Source: Podarcis filfolensis (lineage: Eukaryota). Taken from it: 64,000 nt of DNA. The notes below the pieces were generated by a model. The model had not been told where the DNA came from, made no database searches, and worked only from the letters and a program-made list of their open reading frames with translations. The stretch lies in the NCBI GenBank assembly GCA_964270895.1, contig OZ185437.1; one strand, written 5' to 3'. The position numbers and the translations under genes were made by a program. Shown here piece after piece: positions 61,469 through 64,000 of the stretch; the stretch's first letter is position 1; each line of letters opens with the position of its first letter.

Positions 61469-61672
61469 CTAACTAAGTGTGGTACTAACTAACTAACTTA
61501 AAAAACTTCTAACTAAGAACATCCTCGTGAATTAAGATGAAGTCTAAACATAAATTCCTCTCAAATCCCATGAAGTGAAACAGAGCTTAGGATACTGTCT
61601 TAACATTCTTAACAATTTTAACTTATTATGGTAACGAGGTAAGCTTTTACCGGAAAGAAAGAAAACTCCTAC

Positions 61673-61774
61673 CTTGTCAGAGCAGTTGACCTTGGCTCCA
61701 TGATGCAGTAAAAGTTGTACTATACGAGAGTGGCCTCGTCCTGCTGCCCAGATTATTGGATAGACACTGTATTG
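61673..61774 (-). CDS. KIDINS220: KIDINS220 ankyrin exon ([34 protein letters not shown]); 5'-most exon in the window
   Basis: 102 nt, phase 0-0, TTTTCTCCTCAAAG acceptor, AAG|GTAGG donor. Confidence 0.96.
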
Positions 61775-62029
61775 CTTTGAGGAGAAAAGGTTTGAAAGTT
61801 GTAAGAATCCCAAGATTTAAAGGGCAACATCAAGCAGCGCCCAATTTGACTTCTCCTTCCCCTTCTCCTCCCCACACCCAACACAGCTCCCTGCAATCTG
61901 CAATGGAGGGATGGAGGACCTCTCAGAATAGATTGGGAGGGTGAAGAGAGAGGTAGGGGAAGTCCCACTGTATGAATGGAAGTATGTTCAGGCAAAGCTG
62001 GATTTCACCCCAGATACCTGATTCCTATA

Positions 62030-62270
62030 GAGTGGTACCTCTAGTTACAAATTTAATTTGTTCTGGAGGCCCATTCTTAACCTGAAACTGTTCTTAACTA
62101 AAGGCGTGCTTTCGCTAATGGGGCCTCTTGCTGCCGTTGCGCCGCCAGCACATGATTTCCGTTCTCATCCTGGGGCAAAGTTCTCAACTTGAGGTAACTC
62201 TTCCAGGTTAGCAGAGTTTGTAACCTGAAGCATTTGTAACCTGAGGCGTTTGTAATTCGAGGTACCACTG
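62030..62270 (+). mobile_element. Tc1/mariner MITE (CAGTGGTACCTC family, more diverged copy)
   Basis: TA at 62028-62029 and 62271-62272; TIR GAGTGGTACCTC / GAGGTACCACTG. Confidence 0.88.
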
Positions 62271-62313
62271 TACAAACTTCTGACAAGAATTACAAAAATT
62301 CTATACTGCAATA

Positions 62314-62523
62314 CAGTGGTACCTCAGGTTACATACGCTTCAGGTTACAGACTCCAGAAATAGTACCTTGGGTTAAGAACTTTGCTTCAGGATGAGAACA
62401 GAAATCGTGCGACGGCGGCAGCAGGAGGCCCCATTAGCTAAAGTGGTGCTTCAGGTTAAGAACAGTTTCAGGTTAAGAACGGACCTCCAGAACGAATTAA
62501 GTACTTAACCCGAGGTACCACTG
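62314..62523 (-). mobile_element. Tc1/mariner MITE (CAGTGGTACCTC family), inverted relative to the 56166 and 62030 copies
   Basis: TA at 62312-62313 and 62524-62525; interior is the reverse complement of the other copies. Confidence 0.9.
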
Positions 62524-62654
62524 TACTACCTAAATGTTAATAGTGAAAGCTCAAGAAAGCATATAGCATTATAACTCGGCGGATAAAACAACTGAAAAAA
62601 TAAAGTTATTCTTCTTTTGGAAGGACAAACAGTAAGACCAATTTCAAGCCTGAC

Positions 62655-63634
62655 TGTGATATATACCCAAGAGCCTTGATTGAACCAGGAGACTGATGCA
62701 TGGAAGCAGGCTGTGGAGAAACAGCTGGAAACAGCTCCAATTCCCACACTCCACTAGCTCTGACACAGCTGTGTTTACACCCAGCCATGCCAGAGAGGAT
62801 GAGGCTTGGCCTGAAGGTGCTGACTCCCCTGCCTACTGCATCCAACAGCTGGGACAGGGGAGGAAACATCCGCAGAGATAGCAGGACAGGCAGCGGCAGG
62901 AACAAAAGGAGCTTTGAGTACTAGCACCACCAACCTCAGAGGCAGCAGAGAAAGCTTAGGCAAGGTAGACTTAATATAAAGGTAAAGGGACCCCTGACCA
63001 TGAGCTCCAGTCGTGGATGACTCTGGGGTTGTGGCGTTCATCTCGCTTTACTGGCCGAGGGAGCCGGCGTTTGTCTGCAGACAGCTTCTGGGTCATGTGA
63101 CCAGCATGACTAAGCTGCTTCTGGCAATCCAGAGCAGCGCATGGAAACGCCATTTACCTTCCCGCTGGAGCGGTACCTATTTATCTACTTGCACTCTGAC
63201 GTGCTTTCGAACTGCTAGGTGGGCAGGAGCAGGGACTGAGCAACGGGAGCTCACCCCGTCGCGGGGATTCGAACCGCCAACCTTCTGATCGGCAAGCCCT
63301 AGGCTCTGTGGTTTAACCCACAGCGCCACCCGCATTCCATAGACTTAATATAGGAACTGATTTTTATCTGGTTTTTATCAGACTTAATATAGAAACTGAT
63401 AAAAAGGAGGAATGTATGTAAAGTAGCAGCATAGCCCTGGACACTTGAGTGTCTCTGAGTGGAGAGAAATGTGTATGTAAAACACAGTGTAGAAATTAAA
63501 ACTGTAATACTGAGCCTCAAAAGAGGCTGTATATTGAGAAGAGACTCAGAATGCATCTACCAAAGGATTCAGAATCTCAGCAGGTCTCCTCCAAAAAATC
63601 TGAATAGACTTGGGACTCTGAAAAGATCCTTACA
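62655..63634. mobile_element. possible solo LTR hosting the Sauria SINE
   Basis: Begins TGTG, ends TTACA, purine-rich interior and ATTAAA near the 3' part; no convincing TSD. Confidence 0.3.
62979..63339 (-). mobile_element. Sauria SINE, full length, with 13-bp TSD
   Basis: Same head and tail as the 55417 copy; TSD TAGACTTAATATA at 62966-62978 and 63340-63352. Confidence 0.95.
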
Positions 63635-64000
63635 CACTACTGCATCCTGCTTTAAAATAAGACACGGGATTTTGCTTGTGCAGTCAGTACTTAATCTGTA
63701 TTAGGATAAAAATCAAGGCACCACAGAACTAGCTGAATACATATTTTGGTACAGTTGTTATGTACATCCCATGCCATTTGTTGCATACATACATCAATAG
63801 AGATAAATCAGGGTCAATGTTTTATTTTTTTCAAAGTATTTCAGGTGGTTTAAAGGTGCTCCATGCAAAATGTTAAGTTTATACAAATTATCAGTGAGTA
63901 GTCCTAGGCCAAAAAACTAAAAGGAGAACTTTAAATTCAACTTCTATTTGCTCAATATGCATCCAAACCACAAGCTAATAATGGCAAATTACTCTACCGC

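Overview
Vertebrate genomic DNA from a squamate reptile; the Sauria SINE variants and MITE set suggest a lacertid lizard, which is inference. Two convergent genes are present. ID2 lies on the + strand (CpG-island promoter with TATA/CCAAT boxes, 3 exons, 134-aa CDS at 3627-3974 plus 4876-4932). The 3' part of KIDINS220/ARMS lies on the - strand: 26 coding exons mapped by GT-AG junctions and reading phase from 61774 to the stop at 18915, with the 5' exons outside the window. Introns and the intergenic gap hold CR1, L2 and Rex1/Babar LINE fragments, Sauria and MIR-like SINEs, Tc1/mariner, hAT and Harbinger-like MITEs, a probable solo LTR, a Penelope-like palindrome and microsatellites. Most ORFs in the supplied track are spurious or exon read-throughs. 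The best leads are: an intact minimal hammerhead ribozyme motif in the Penelope-like insert; a natural Tyr-to-Phe change at the CrkL-docking site equivalent to rat Tyr1096; candidate frame-preserving KIDINS220 microexons; inverted MITEs bracketing five phase-0 ankyrin exons (possible circRNA with an endless ORF); and a canonical BMP/Smad bipartite element downstream of ID2. Exon numbers and comparisons with mammalian sequences are from memory and need database confirmation.
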